A stretch of 64,000 nt of DNA from Octopus vulgaris (Eukaryota), in contig OX597818.1 in assembly GCA_951406725.2 (NCBI GenBank), positions 55,862,001 to 55,926,000 of the forward strand, given 5' to 3'. The position numbers and the translations under genes were made by a program. Within the stretch, counting starts at the first letter, position 1. Each line of letters starts with the position of its first letter. Below the pieces are notes generated by a model, which had not been told where the DNA came from, did no database searches, and saw nothing but the letters and a program-made list of their open reading frames with translations. This document shows, in pieces, positions 63,490-64,000 of this stretch.

Positions 63490-63688
63490 TAGATCGTTAG
63501 CACGCTGGACAAAATGCTTAGTGGTATCTCACCTGTCGCTTGAGTTCAAATTCCACTGAGGTCAACTTTGCCTTTCATCCTTTTGGGGCCAATAAATTAA
63601 GTATCAGTGACTCACTGGGGTCGATGTAATTGACTAGTTCCCTCCCCTCAAATTTCAGGCCTTGTGCCCTATGGTAGAAAGGATTCGT
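63490..63688 (+). mobile_element. SINE S2
   Basis: S2 core and AAATTTCAGGCCTTGTGCC tail. Confidence 0.85.
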
Positions 63689-63739
63689 CAAGTTTTAACT
63701 CTAAGAGTTAATCTAGGTATAGTCAAATTTTGGCAGACA

Positions 63740-64000
63740 GGCAACAATTTTAGGGGAGTAATCCTAGTGTTTAATTGGTGCTTATTTTACTGACCCCGAA
63801 AAGATGAAAGGTAAAGTCAGTCTCAGTGAAATTTGAACTCAGGACATAAAAAGTTAGAAGAAATATTTTTTTCTACTCTAGGCTCAAGGCCTGAAATTTG
63901 GGGGGAGGGGTCGGTTGATTAGATTGCCTCCAGTATGCAACTGGTACTTAATTTATCAACCCCAAATGGATGAAAGGCAAAGTTGACCTCAGCAGAATTT
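63740..64000 (-). mobile_element. Two reverse SINE S2 copies (the last is cut by the window end)
   Basis: Reverse cores gatgaaaggtaaagtc and ggatgaaaggcaaagttgacc. Confidence 0.8.

Overview
AT-rich eukaryotic DNA, almost entirely intronic or intergenic. It is dense in tRNA-derived SINEs, (CA)n/(TA)n/(GAT)n microsatellites, LINE, Penelope, mariner, Tc1 and hAT relics, and MITEs. The repeat families look like those of an octopus (coleoid cephalopod); this is recalled from memory, not searched. Nearly every ORF in the supplied track is spurious. The only well-supported coding sequence is a 133-nt + strand exon (50786-50918) that aligns without gaps to the armadillo region of the meiotic BRCA2 partner HSF2BP/MEILB2. 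There is also a weaker candidate exon at 366-484. The most unusual signal is a recurring set of minimal type-I hammerhead ribozyme (HHR)-like motifs on short non-autonomous elements. Two copies (26275-26564, 59350-59621) join a tRNA-derived Pol III head to a Penelope-like HHR tail and carry an inverted duplication of their own 5' end, suggesting a tRNA-SINE/retrozyme hybrid. A ~2.1 kb inverted pair of Penelope GIY-YIG relics and three same-size TTAA-targeting MITE families are also present. Repeat boundaries were read by eye and are approximate.
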